Source: an uncultured Chloroflexia bacterium (lineage in GTDB: Bacteria; Chloroflexota; Anaerolineae; Anaerolineales; UBA4823). Taken from it: a stretch of DNA of 64,000 nucleotides. Positions 46,811 to 56,839 of the stretch are shown here, piece by piece. Numbering within the stretch: position 1 is the stretch's first letter; each line of letters opens with the position of its first letter. Both the position numbers and the translations under genes were made by a program. The stretch spans positions 6,725 through 70,724 of the forward strand of contig CAWEKR010000002.1 of NCBI GenBank assembly GCA_963809615.1, given 5' to 3'. Under the pieces are notes generated by a model. It was not told the origin of the DNA and searched no databases. It saw only the letters and a program-made list of their open reading frames with translations.

Positions 46811-48545
46811 CTAAGCTGACTTCTCTGCGTCCCGGAATACCTGGGTAAATTGGTTCAATGCCGAGCGTATCGGCGTGGGGACGGATTGCCCCAGCCCACA
46901 GAAAGACGCATCGAACATCACCTCCGCCAGCGCCGACAGCTCATCCACATCACCCGGCTTCCCAGTGCCCCCTGCCATCCTCGTCAGGATCTCATGCGCC
47001 CGGTATGTCCCAACACGGCAGGGCGTGCATTTTCCGCACGATTCATTGGCGAAGAAATGCAGCAGCTCGCTGAGCAATGCCACGGGCGATACGCGCTGGT
47101 CGCAGATTAAAAACGCACCCGCCCCCAACGACACGCCCCTGGCGCCCGAGGCATAATCGATGGGGAGATCCATCAGCGTCTCTCCAACGATCGTGCCTGC
47201 CGCGCCGCCCGTTAGTGCAAAGTGGAATTTCGATCCGTCCTGCATCCCTCCGCCGAAATCATCGATGATCTGGCGCAGGGTTAGTCCAAAAGGTGCTTCG
47301 AATAGCCCGGGTCGCTTGATGTGACCCAGCAGCATATACAGCTTCGTCCCGGGTATTGCTGCTCCCGAGAGCGACCGGTACCAGCTCGACCCGTTCAAAA
47401 TGATTGCCGGCACCGCCGCGTAGGATTCGACATTGTTCACCAGGGTCGGCAGCCCGTGGTACCCGTATGTGGGCGGGTACGGCGGGCGTGTACGCGGCTC
47501 CCCCCGCTGCCCTTCCAGGCTCTCGATCAGGGCCGTCTCCTCACCGCAGATGTACGCTCCTGCACCCATATGCACGTGGATGTGGAATGAGAAGTCGCTC
47601 CCCTGGATTGATTCTCCCAACCAGCCGACTTGCTCGGCGTCCATGATCGCTCGTCTCAATCGTTCCGCCTGGGTCACGTACTCCCCTCGGATATAAATAA
47701 ATGCTTCCCGCGCCCCGCAGGCGTACCCAGCCACTGCCATCCCTTCCAGGATCTGATGGGGGTTCGTATCGATCAGCACCCGGTCCTTGAAGATCAATGG
47801 CTCTGATTCATCCGCATTACACACGATATACTTCGGAGTCCGTTTAGCCTGGGCCACGAAACGCCACTTGCGCCCCACCGGGAACCCTGCTCCGCCCCGC
47901 CCGGACAGGCCTGATCCTTCGACTTCACTCAGCACCGCCTCGGGAGCCTGCCCAAGCACGGCTTTCATCGCCTGGTAAGCTCCATGCTCAATGGCAGATG
48001 CCAATGAATCTGGATTAATCTATTCCGGCCTTCTCCATCATCACCCGCAGCTCCCCCTTGCGTGGATGGCTGTAATCTGTCGACTGCCCTCTCCAGCCGC
48101 TCTCAAGTTGACCTGCGCTCCCCACGCCTGCCGGACCAGCCTGCTGCCCGTTGACCAGCATCGCCGGCGCCCGGTCGCACAACCCCAAACAGCTCGTACG
48201 GCTCACCTTCCAGCCGGATTTCCCACGAAAAGCCTGTTCAACCTCCTGCCGGGCATCACCCCCTGCACACAACCAGCATACCGGTCCATCGCACACTTTG
48301 ATTTCGTAATCCGCTTTTTCCTTCAGGTTCAACATGGAATAGAATGAAGCCACCCCATATGCGGCTGCCGGTGGAATCTTGGTGGAGCGAGCAATGTCTG
48401 TGATCGCTTCAGCCTCCAGGATGCCCCGCTGCTCCTGCAGCTCGCTCAGCATCTCCAGGATCGCTTCGGGCTTATTCTGGTGCTTGCCTGCCAGCTCGCT
48501 GATCTTCTCATTGACCGGTCTATACTTGATGATTTTATTAGTCAT
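46811..48545 (-). pseudogene. Fused NuoE-NuoF-like diaphorase subunit split by a 1-nt insertion near 48020 (pseudogene or sequencing error)
   Basis: NuoE Cys motifs CDGPVC/CLGLC; NuoF motifs GRGGAGFP, NADESEP, GAYICGEETAL, CGKCTPC; junction GCC GGA ATAG ATT AAT CCA GAT restores G-x-INPDS; 1735 nt = 3n+1. Confidence 0.8.
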
Positions 48546-49357
48546 CTTGCCTCGCTGATTAATTTCTCATCCGTTGGGGCTGAAAGGATCCTCTCCGCAT
48601 GGGTGTAAACGGTAAACCGGTCCCGCCGTGCGTACCCGATCAGCGTGATCCCCAGCTCATCTGCCATTTGCACCGATAAACTGCTTGGCGAAGTGCGTGA
48701 GATCACCATCCCTGCCCCCATTCGTCCGGCTTTTTGGATCATCTCTGAGCTGATCCTCCCGGTGGTCAGGATGATCTTCCTTACCGGGTTAATCCGCTCC
48801 TGAAGGTACCGTCCGGCGATTTTATCCAGCGTGTTGTGCCTGCCGATATCCTCCGCTGCGATAATGATCTTATCCCCATCGCTTAGGGCGCTCGTGTGCA
48901 CCCCGCCTGATTCACGATACAGATCCTGCACCTCGCTCAGCAGCTCGATTAATTCTCCCACCCTATCTGCCGGCAGTCTGGCACCATCGTGTGGCACCAC
49001 GCTTCCCCCTCGCGGCGTGTCAGGCTGCACGGCTGTTTCACCGCCCGAACAGCCGGAAGTACGGGTCCAATTCTCAGGTTTTTTTACCGACCGGTTCAGC
49101 CACACGTCGATATTGGTTTCCTCCGGGCAGACCCTCACACTGGCTACCTCGTCCATCGTGTCAATGATCGCTTCATTAAAGAGAAACCCAACTGCCAGTG
49201 CTTCCAGGTCGGTGGGTGTGCACATGAATGTCAGCCACGCTTCATTATTTACCGTCAGGCCGATGGCTTTCTCTTCGACGATCTTCTTCCTGCTTTCTTC
49301 CCACTGACCAGCTTTGTAAGAGAGCGTCTTCAAGGTGTTCTTTTGCTCCACAGTCAT
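48542..49357 (-). CDS. fdhD: Formate dehydrogenase accessory sulfurtransferase FdhD
   Basis: MCTP.DLE.LAVGFL, TSGCSG, GGVH, EDIGRHNTLDK, TGRISSEM. Confidence 0.92.
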   Translation of the reverse strand: MTVEQKNTLKTLSYKAGQWEESRKKIVEEKAIGLTVNNEAWLTFMCTPTDLEALAVGFLFNEAIIDTMDEVASVRVCPEETNIDVWLNRSVKKPENWTRTSGCSGGETAVQPDTPRGGSVVPHDGARLPADRVGELIELLSEVQDLYRESGGVHTSALSDGDKIIIAAEDIGRHNTLDKIAGRYLQERINPVRKIILTTGRISSEMIQKAGRMGAGMVISRTSPSSLSVQMADELGITLIGYARRDRFTVYTHAERILSAPTDEKLISEAR

Positions 49358-49854
49358 TCCAGGTCCTTTACCATTCGCCAGGCAGGCTCGTGCATATCGA
49401 TCCGCCTGCCTTTATCGTCAATATACGACCAATATCCCGGGTCCGCTCCTGCCACCGTGTAACCCAGGCGTTCGTAGAACCGCCGGGCAGCATGGTTATC
49501 CTGTCCCACATTCAGGGTCACCTGCTGGAATTTACGCTGGAACAAGTCAGCTTCAATCTTGCGCATGATCTGGGTCCCAATCCCAAGGTTTCTGAATTTA
49601 GGTTTGACTCTAAATCCGTAGATATAAGCCCGCACTGCCCCATCTGCCAGCTCTGGGCGGTTCCTTTTAAGCGACACAAAGCACTGGCCAATCAAACCGC
49701 TGCCATGGATTTCCGCGATCCAGATTAAAGCCGCCCCCTGCTCAACCATCATGTATGTATCTGCGTACAGGCGCCTGAAGTGTGTGTATTCCCCGTCCCA
49801 TTCAAGCGCAGCCAGGTCAGCCCTTTCAGCTTGACGGATGAAAACCGGGTTCAT
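49354..49854 (-). CDS. GNAT family N-acetyltransferase
   Basis: VKPKFRNLGIG acetyl-CoA motif, N..A.RFYERLGY. Confidence 0.85.
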   Translation of the reverse strand: MNPVFIRQAERADLAALEWDGEYTHFRRLYADTYMMVEQGAALIWIAEIHGSGLIGQCFVSLKRNRPELADGAVRAYIYGFRVKPKFRNLGIGTQIMRKIEADLFQRKFQQVTLNVGQDNHAARRFYERLGYTVAGADPGYWSYIDDKGRRIDMHEPAWRMVKDLE

Positions 49855-52465
49855 TTTTTATCAGCTCATCCAGGTAGGCTTGTTCTTGTTCATTGTTTTC
49901 AATTTTACCATCCAGCCATCCATCACGGATTGCCCCCAAAATGCGCTTGTAGATCGGTCCGGGTGGCAGTCCCTGCCTGCGCAGGTCTTCCCCCGTGACC
50001 TTCGGCGTGATCGTGTTAAGCCGGTTCAGGTAAGCCTGGAAGTTGGTACAGATAGTTTCATCCCGTGCCGCCAGGAAGTTGGCGTAAATCGCGATCGGCG
50101 GCACATCTTCCAGCCGGTTGGCGATCATACTTAGCCTTGCGTTCGCCACCCAGGGCAGGTCTTTCCATAATTTGCATGCCGCCAGCACGTCTTTTACCTG
50201 GGTGGTTGGGTAGCGCAGTTTCCTCAAAATGACCTGGGTTTTTTCCACCGGTTGGTGGATGAACCATAAAATATAAGCCAACTTCCTCAGGTTGTTCCCT
50301 TTGGCAAGCTCCAGCTTGATCCCGTAGAGCGGTTTTATATTGACCAGGTTCAGCATTTCGAGATTATCATGGCTCACAGAATCCCATGCCAAATTGGGGT
50401 GGATTTCAATCAGCAAACCCAGCTCAGACAGTCTTCTGAGGATGCTCACCCTTTGGTCCTGGTCCAGGATATGGTCCAGCTCATGCCTGATCCGGTCTCC
50501 CGACACCTGCCCAATCAAAGGTCGTGCTTCCATCAGCAGCTCAAGCGTGCGCGCCTCGAGGTGGAACTCAAGCCGCCCTTCGAAGCGAACAGCCCTCAGC
50601 ATCCGCGTCGGGTCATCCACGAATGATAGCGGGTGCAGCACCCTCACCAGCCCTTCCTTCAGGTCATTCAAGCCCCCCCAGTAATCCTGCAGCTCTCCGT
50701 AATGTTTGCCATCCAATCGCAGAGCCAGGGTATTGATGGTAAAATCACGCCGGTGCAGGTCCAGTTTGATGCTGCCGCGCTCCACTGTCGGCAGGGCTGA
50801 CGGGTGGGTATAGAACTCCGTCCGCGCAGAGATTAAATCCAGGAACTCAGGCAGGTCTGTGGCATGATTGGGGTATTTAAGCTCCCCTGCCAGCCTGTCG
50901 CGGATATTCGTGATCATCCATTTCGCCGTGCCAAACCGTGCATGTGTGGTCAACCTGCCGCCATAACGCTCCTGCAGTTGGCGTGCCAGGGCGATCGCCT
51001 CCCCTTCCACCACCAGGTCGAAGTCCTGGCTCGGTCGCTCCAGGATCAAATCACGCACGAACCCCCCTACAATATACAGGGCAGCTTTTTGATCATACGC
51101 AATCTCGGCGGTCACCCGCAACAATGCCAGGCGGACTTTCGGCATGGCAGCTTCAAGTTTCTCCGCAAAGTTGAGATGCCCAGGTCGGGCTTCCTCGGAG
51201 GTAAGGATCTTTAACAGGTCGGTGCGGGTGACGATGCCAATGACCTTCCCCTCCGCCTCGTCCAGCACCGGGATCTGCCCCCACCCGGTATCCGTCATCA
51301 GGTGCTGCAGCCGGTCGATCGAATCGTCCGGATGGATGATCACCTCGCCGGCATCCATCAAGCTCGACGCCGTCAGGTTCAGCTTATGCGCAATGGCTCG
51401 GTCCACCGCCCTGCGGGTGAGCAAGCCGATCACTTTTCCGTTGCGCACCACCGGGTAGCCTTCGTATCCGAAGCGCTGCATGCGGTCCGCCGCATCCTGG
51501 GCCGGTGTTTCTGGAGACAGCACCTGCGGGCTGTGTGACATGATCTCGGCAACCGTGATCGCTGGTCGCACGTATTCAGGCAGTAGCGCGATCAATTCAT
51601 CATGCACTTCCTCCAGCTCACGCCCCTTGATCAGGCTTGCCGCCGCTCGCGAATGCCCTCCCCCACCGAAGCGCGCCGTGATCTCCGCCACGTCGATATT
51701 GTCACTGGTGGAGCGCCCGATCATCTGTACGCCTGCCCGCGTGGTGATCAACATGAACAGTGCGTCGGGGTCGAGCAGATCGCGCAGCTTGTGTGCCACC
51801 GTGGATAACTCCTCGTCCAGCCCGAAGGCGCTTCCGCACCCCACCACCACGGTATGCCCATGCACCGGGTAAGTCTCCAGGTTGCTGCGCAAAGAATCGT
51901 ACAGTTTCTGCTGTTCACTCGATAATGGGTGGTTCAGAAAATCACCTGCAATGCGTAAATTTGCCTGCTGTTCCAGCAGGTAGGATGCTGCGTGCAGGTC
52001 ACGCGCCGTGGTCCGGGTATACGTTAGCGAGCCGGTGTCCTCATAGATTCCAAGCAGCAGCGTAGTCGCCTGGATCATGCTCAGGTCATCATCCCGCTCC
52101 TGCATCTCCTCCACGAAAATGGTCGTGGTCGCTCCCACATCTTCGCTGGAGATCGTCCAAGCCGCTGGAATATCCGCCCGGATGGGATGGTGGTCCACGA
52201 TGTGTACCCGTGTCCCCGCGCTAACGCCACGCACGCTCGCCATCGATTGGGTATCCACCAGGCATATCGATTCGACCGCTTCACTCGGCAGATCGTGCGG
52301 GTCGACGAATGGCAGCTCTGCCCCGTACAGCGTGACGAACGCTCGTACATTGCGGTTCATCCGCCTGGGCAGCACCGGGATGGCCGAATCATCCAGCAGA
52401 TACGCCCCCAGCAAGGATGCCAGGGCGTCGAAATCAGCTTGTTCGTGGGTCACAATAATGCGCAT
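49826..52465 (-). CDS. tRNA nucleotidyltransferase with DHH-DHHA1-CBS extension (A-adding-type architecture)
   Basis: DFDA, DHH, GGGGH, CBS pair, VGGFVRD..DFD, DLHRRDFTIN, DDPTRMLRA. Confidence 0.88.
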   Translation of the reverse strand: MRIIVTHEQADFDALASLLGAYLLDDSAIPVLPRRMNRNVRAFVTLYGAELPFVDPHDLPSEAVESICLVDTQSMASVRGVSAGTRVHIVDHHPIRADIPAAWTISSEDVGATTTIFVEEMQERDDDLSMIQATTLLLGIYEDTGSLTYTRTTARDLHAASYLLEQQANLRIAGDFLNHPLSSEQQKLYDSLRSNLETYPVHGHTVVVGCGSAFGLDEELSTVAHKLRDLLDPDALFMLITTRAGVQMIGRSTSDNIDVAEITARFGGGGHSRAAASLIKGRELEEVHDELIALLPEYVRPAITVAEIMSHSPQVLSPETPAQDAADRMQRFGYEGYPVVRNGKVIGLLTRRAVDRAIAHKLNLTASSLMDAGEVIIHPDDSIDRLQHLMTDTGWGQIPVLDEAEGKVIGIVTRTDLLKILTSEEARPGHLNFAEKLEAAMPKVRLALLRVTAEIAYDQKAALYIVGGFVRDLILERPSQDFDLVVEGEAIALARQLQERYGGRLTTHARFGTAKWMITNIRDRLAGELKYPNHATDLPEFLDLISARTEFYTHPSALPTVERGSIKLDLHRRDFTINTLALRLDGKHYGELQDYWGGLNDLKEGLVRVLHPLSFVDDPTRMLRAVRFEGRLEFHLEARTLELLMEARPLIGQVSGDRIRHELDHILDQDQRVSILRRLSELGLLIEIHPNLAWDSVSHDNLEMLNLVNIKPLYGIKLELAKGNNLRKLAYILWFIHQPVEKTQVILRKLRYPTTQVKDVLAACKLWKDLPWVANARLSMIANRLEDVPPIAIYANFLAARDETICTNFQAYLNRLNTITPKVTGEDLRRQGLPPGPIYKRILGAIRDGWLDGKIENNEQEQAYLDELIKNEPGFHPSS

Positions 52466-52537
52466 GGGTCAACCGACCAATCTTAAAGCATAATTTTAAT
52501 CGACATTTCAATTAATGAGATAAAATAGGCGCATTCT

Positions 52538-52795
52538 ATGCACGATGCTTTGGAGCAGCCTGAACAGCTATGGGAGGATTTGCTTTCCCGCCAGCCTGGA
52601 CCTATCAAGGCCGCCTTTGCCTCTCTGCAGCAATCCGACCAACAAGCGGTCCTCGCCCACTTGCAGCGCATGGTGAGCGAGACCGGCTGGCAGCCTGAGC
52701 AGCGTATCTCCGCCAGGGCTGCCCTGGAAGTATTATTATCAGAGGAAGATGAAGATAGCTATGGATATCACCGAGCTGACCCAAGCGATGCATGA
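52538..52795 (+). CDS. Hypothetical protein
   Basis: 85-aa helical-looking ORF at the head of the MazG/LOG/proS run; overlaps the next gene slightly. Confidence 0.55.
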   Translation: MHDALEQPEQLWEDLLSRQPGPIKAAFASLQQSDQQAVLAHLQRMVSETGWQPEQRISARAALEVLLSEEDEDSYGYHRADPSDA

Positions 52796-53075
52796 TTTCG
52801 TCCGCAGCATGGGCTGGTATGAACCCGACAGCCCCCGCCCCCAGACGCTGCGCAACCTGGCAGTTTCCCTCAATTTGGAAGCAGCTGAAGTGCTCGAGCA
52901 TTTCCAATGGGACGAGAGCTTGAAGGACCCACAATCCTTTTCCGATGAGCTTGCTGATGTCATGCTCTACCTGCTCCAGCTCGCCAGCATCGCCGAGATC
53001 GACCTGGAAAAAGCCGTCCTCGTCAAGCTTGGTAAGAACTATCACCGCACATGGGATAAGCCTAGATCACTATGA
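52749..53075 (+). CDS. MazG-like nucleotide pyrophosphohydrolase
   Basis: NLAVSL.LEAAEVLEHFQW, DELADV..Y; the start may be 52761. Confidence 0.85.
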   Translation: MKIAMDITELTQAMHDFVRSMGWYEPDSPRPQTLRNLAVSLNLEAAEVLEHFQWDESLKDPQSFSDELADVMLYLLQLASIAEIDLEKAVLVKLGKNYHRTWDKPRSL

Positions 53076-53650
53076 ATACTCACATCACCATTTTCGGTGG
53101 CTCACAGCCCCTTCCCGGCGACCCGGTTTACCAGGATGCCCTGCAGCTGGGGAAGCTGATCGCTCATGCTGGCTACACCCTGCTCACGGGCGGTTATATC
53201 GGCACTATGGAAGCCCTCTCCCGCGGCGCAGCCGAAGCCGGCGGGCATGTGATCGGGGTCACCTGTGACCAGATCGAAGCCTGGCGCCCGGTGAAAGCCA
53301 ATCCATGGGTGACCGAAGAATGGCATGTTGCCACCTTTCATGAGCGCATCTTCTCCCTCATCGAGCGCTGCGATGCCTGCCTCGCCCTTCCCGGTGGGGT
53401 CGGCACGCTTGCCGAGCTGGTGCTCACCTGGAACCTCCTGCTCACCCGCATCCTGCCTCCCCGCCCGCTGATCCTGATTGGGCTGGGGTGGCAGAGAACG
53501 ATCACAGAATTCCTGGCTGAGCAGGGTGATTTTGTCCCTGACGTGCAGCGCCAGTGGGTATCCTTCTCACCCGATGTCGACTCGGCTTTCGAGCTGCTGC
53601 AGGAATACTTATCCAATGATAAATTAGCATTCACGAGGAATAATCCATGA
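53072..53650 (+). CDS. LOG family nucleotide-binding protein
   Basis: TGGYIGTMEA.SRGA, ALPGGVGTLAEL. Confidence 0.88.
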   Translation: MNTHITIFGGSQPLPGDPVYQDALQLGKLIAHAGYTLLTGGYIGTMEALSRGAAEAGGHVIGVTCDQIEAWRPVKANPWVTEEWHVATFHERIFSLIERCDACLALPGGVGTLAELVLTWNLLLTRILPPRPLILIGLGWQRTITEFLAEQGDFVPDVQRQWVSFSPDVDSAFELLQEYLSNDKLAFTRNNP

Positions 53651-55080
53651 CCGAAGATAAACTCCCTACCCGCTCTGAAAATTTTTCTGAATGGTACAAC
53701 CAGCTGGTACTTAAATCTGAGCTCGCCGACTATGCCCCGGTGCGCGGTTGTATGGTTGTGCGTCCCTACGGCTGGGCAGTGTGGGAGAACATGACCGCTG
53801 CCCTCGACCGTCGCTTTAAAGCCACCGGACACGTCAACGCTGCCTTTCCCCTGCTCATCCCCATGTCTTTCTTCGAAAAGGAGAAGTCACATGTGGAAGG
53901 CTTTTCCCCCGAGCTGGCAGTCGTCACCATCGGTGGCGGTGAGGTGCTGGAAGAGCCGCTCGTCATCCGCCCCACCTCCGAGACCATCATCGGCACCATG
54001 TACGCCAAGTGGATCAAGTCTTACCGCGACCTGCCTGTGCTGATCAACCAGTGGGGCAGCGTGGTGCGCTGGGAGATGCGTACCAAGCTGTTCCTGCGCA
54101 CGCTCGAGTTTTTCTGGCAGGAAGGTCACACCGCTCACGCTACCGCCGACGAAGGTCAGGAGGAGACCCTGCGAATGCTGGAGGTTTATGCCAACTTCGC
54201 CATCGAGGATGCTGCCATCCCGGTGATCAAGGGTCGCAAGAGCCAGGCTGAGAAGTTCGCCGGTGCCGATAACTCCTATAGCATCGAAGCCATGATGGGT
54301 GATACCAAGGCACTTCAAGCCGGCACTTCGCACAACCTGGGGCAGAACTTCGCCAAAGCCTTCGAGATCCAATACCTGGATAAGAACAACCTGCTTCAGC
54401 ATGTGTGGACCACCTCCTGGGGTCTTTCCACCCGCGTTGTTGGTGCCGTTATTATGACCCATGGTGATGACCAGGGGCTCATCCTGCCTCCCAAGCTGGC
54501 GCCCTACCAGGTGGTTATCACTCCCATATACAAGAATGACGAAGAGAAGTCCCTCGTTATGCCGGTGGTCTCAAAAGTGGAGCAGGAGCTGAACAGCTTC
54601 CGCCTCAAGGTCGACCGCCGTGAAGAGGTCACCCCGGGCTTTAAGTTCAACGATTGGGAGATGCGCGGTGTCCCTTTGCGCATCGAGATCGGTCCCAAGG
54701 ACGTCCAAAAGGACTCGTTGGCATTTGCCCGCCGTGATATGCCGGGTAAAGCCGGTAAGACTTTCGTCCAGCATACCCAGATCGAAGCCCAGGTGGCAGA
54801 AGTGCTGCAATCCATCCAGGCTTCCCTGTTCGAGCGAGCCCTCGCCTTCCGCCTTGCTCACACCTTCGACCCCAAGGATTACAACGAGCTGAAATCCGCC
54901 TTGGAAAAAGGCTGGGCTTTCTCATGGTGGTGTGGCGACCCTGTATGCGAGACCAAGGTCAAGGACGAGACCAGGGCTTCCACCCGCTGCATCCCCCTCG
55001 ACCAGGAGCCGGGTCATGGCACCTGCATCGTGTGCGGCAAACCCGCCACTGAAAAAGTCATCTTCGGAAGAGCCTACTAG
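53647..55080 (+). CDS. proS: Proline-tRNA ligase, archaeal/eukaryote type
   Basis: RPTSET, FLRTLEFFWQEGH, QAGTSHNLGQNF, C-terminal Zn site and GRAY end. Confidence 0.95.
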   Translation: MTEDKLPTRSENFSEWYNQLVLKSELADYAPVRGCMVVRPYGWAVWENMTAALDRRFKATGHVNAAFPLLIPMSFFEKEKSHVEGFSPELAVVTIGGGEVLEEPLVIRPTSETIIGTMYAKWIKSYRDLPVLINQWGSVVRWEMRTKLFLRTLEFFWQEGHTAHATADEGQEETLRMLEVYANFAIEDAAIPVIKGRKSQAEKFAGADNSYSIEAMMGDTKALQAGTSHNLGQNFAKAFEIQYLDKNNLLQHVWTTSWGLSTRVVGAVIMTHGDDQGLILPPKLAPYQVVITPIYKNDEEKSLVMPVVSKVEQELNSFRLKVDRREEVTPGFKFNDWEMRGVPLRIEIGPKDVQKDSLAFARRDMPGKAGKTFVQHTQIEAQVAEVLQSIQASLFERALAFRLAHTFDPKDYNELKSALEKGWAFSWWCGDPVCETKVKDETRASTRCIPLDQEPGHGTCIVCGKPATEKVIFGRAY

Positions 55081-55217
55081 TATTCTGTCATTGAAGAATC
55101 CCCCCTGTTCTTGGGGGGAGAATCCTTTGCGTTCTTGGAGGAAGAGACCAGGTTTTTTCCGGTCTCGAAGCGATCTTCCTCAATCACTTTATGTCCATTG
55201 TCGAGTGCTAGATATAA

Positions 55218-55245
55218 GTAGAGGCGGCTCGTGGGCCGCCCCTAC
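55218..55245. repeat. GTAG-type REP-like palindrome (single copy in window)
   Basis: GTAGAGGCGGCTC-GT-GGGCCGCCCCTAC imperfect inverted repeat with GTAG/CTAC feet. Confidence 0.55.
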
Positions 55246-55350
55246 AGGAAATATCCATCGACTATTAGGCTATGCGCATCGAATATTCCCGTGTACCTCG
55301 TTTTCTCCGTTCCATGATATAAATATCCTTTCGTCACTTGATTATCGATT

Positions 55351-56154
55351 ATGCCCGCCATCCAACCCGCCCGCCTCAAAATTCAGGTCGCTGACCTGGT
55401 CTCCCACTGCGACCAACCGGAGATCTTCGTGCGCGAGCTCCATGCCCTGCTCGAACTCTACTCCGACCATACCCAGCGACCCGGTCAGGCTGGCATTCCC
55501 TCCCCATTAATGGATTCATATAACGCTCCTCCGCCCGTGATGCGCCTGGTCTGGCATGAGCTGAACAATACGATCCGTTCCCATCCGAATGCCGCCCTGC
55601 ACCTGAGCGATGCCCTGTGGGCTGTACCGAATGTCGACCTGCAACTGCTCGCCGCCCGCCTGCTGGGGCAGCTCCCCCTCGTCCCTCTCGACCCGCTGGT
55701 TGACCGCCTGCAATCCTGGGTGCACTCCAATCCGGATCGTCGTCTGCTGGATGGTTTGCTGAAGTACGGTCTCATCAGGTTCCAACAGGAAGCCCCCGAC
55801 CAGCTGCTTGAGCTGATCTCTTCCTGGCTGTCTTCCCCTGACCTGCCTGCCCAACATGCCGGTCTGCGTGCCCTTCTGCCGCTGGTCTCAGACCCCGGAA
55901 GTCCCCACCTTCCGGTCATTTTCCGCCTGATCACGCCCTACACACGCATTGCCCCTTCCCGCCTTCGGCCCGATATCGTTGGCGTGCTCACCGCCCTGGC
56001 GCGATGTTCCCCCTCGGAGACGGCTTACCTGCTGCGCCAGAACCTCACCACTCCAGACAACCCCGATACCCCATGGTTGATCAGGCAGGTGCTGGGTGAA
56101 TTTCCCAATGATACTCAACTAGGACTCAGGGTAGCTATGAAGGGAGACGTGTAA
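55351..56154 (+). CDS. HEAT-repeat protein, AlkD/DNA alkylation repair-like
   Basis: Leu-rich helical repeats, LSDALW...QLLAARLLG, SW..SP pattern; family call tentative. Confidence 0.55.
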   Translation: MPAIQPARLKIQVADLVSHCDQPEIFVRELHALLELYSDHTQRPGQAGIPSPLMDSYNAPPPVMRLVWHELNNTIRSHPNAALHLSDALWAVPNVDLQLLAARLLGQLPLVPLDPLVDRLQSWVHSNPDRRLLDGLLKYGLIRFQQEAPDQLLELISSWLSSPDLPAQHAGLRALLPLVSDPGSPHLPVIFRLITPYTRIAPSRLRPDIVGVLTALARCSPSETAYLLRQNLTTPDNPDTPWLIRQVLGEFPNDTQLGLRVAMKGDV

Positions 56155-56373
56155 ATCGACCTTTGACTCACCATATCTCCACTCACATTGGATACCAGTG
56201 ACAATTTCTTGTCCGCGAGCATCTACGGTTAGCTCCACCCCATTCTGATAAAATATTAATAGCGCATTCCCCATTCTCTGTTATAATTCCCCCGCTGACT
56301 AGACCGCCCGGCGGCATGTGCTGCCTGGTTGGAGACCTGCTAGAAGCAAATTTAATCACCTGGAGCAGAGGTC

Positions 56374-56640
56374 ATGGATAAGGACACAAAAGCAAAAACA
56401 ATGGATACATTCGCCCGTCATGAGGGCGACACAGGTTCACCCGAAGTGCAGGTGGCAATTCTTTCCGGCCGCATTTCGGAGCTCACCGAGCATCTCCGTG
56501 AGCACAAGCACGATGAGTCCTCTCGTCGTGGATTACTCAAGATGGTGGGGCAACGCCGACGACTTCTCGCCTACATCAGGCGAAATGACTACCAGCGCTA
56601 TATGGCACTGACAGACCGGCTGAACATCCGCCGAAAATAG
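56374..56640 (+). CDS. rpsO: 30S ribosomal protein S15
   Basis: [32 protein letters not shown]; upstream of pnp. Confidence 0.97.
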   Translation: MDKDTKAKTMDTFARHEGDTGSPEVQVAILSGRISELTEHLREHKHDESSRRGLLKMVGQRRRLLAYIRRNDYQRYMALTDRLNIRRK

Positions 56641-56650
56641 ACCCACCCTT

Positions 56651-56688
56651 GAGTAGATGGGACCAACAAGACCCCATCTACTCTTATT
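56651..56688 (+). terminator. Hairpin/terminator after rpsO
   Basis: GAGTAGATGGG...CCCATCTACTC-TTATT. Confidence 0.65.
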
Positions 56689-56705
56689 AGGGAGAAATTA
56701 AACCA

Positions 56706-56813
56706 GCCTCAGGTTGGGAATTGATGGATAACGACAACATATTTTATCCCAGGCGGCTTTTCGATGCCGCCTATACTCGTTGTCGCTAACTCTCAGTTTC
56801 TAACCTTGAAGGC
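56706..56813 (+). promoter_or_regulatory. Long stem-loop in the pnp 5' leader (possible RNase III site)
   Basis: Nested pairings AGGTTGGGAATTGA/TCAGTTTCTAACCT, CGACAAC/GTTGTCG, AGGCGGC/GCCGCCT. Confidence 0.6.
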
Positions 56814-56839
56814 ACCATTAAATTAGGAGAAACTGAATA

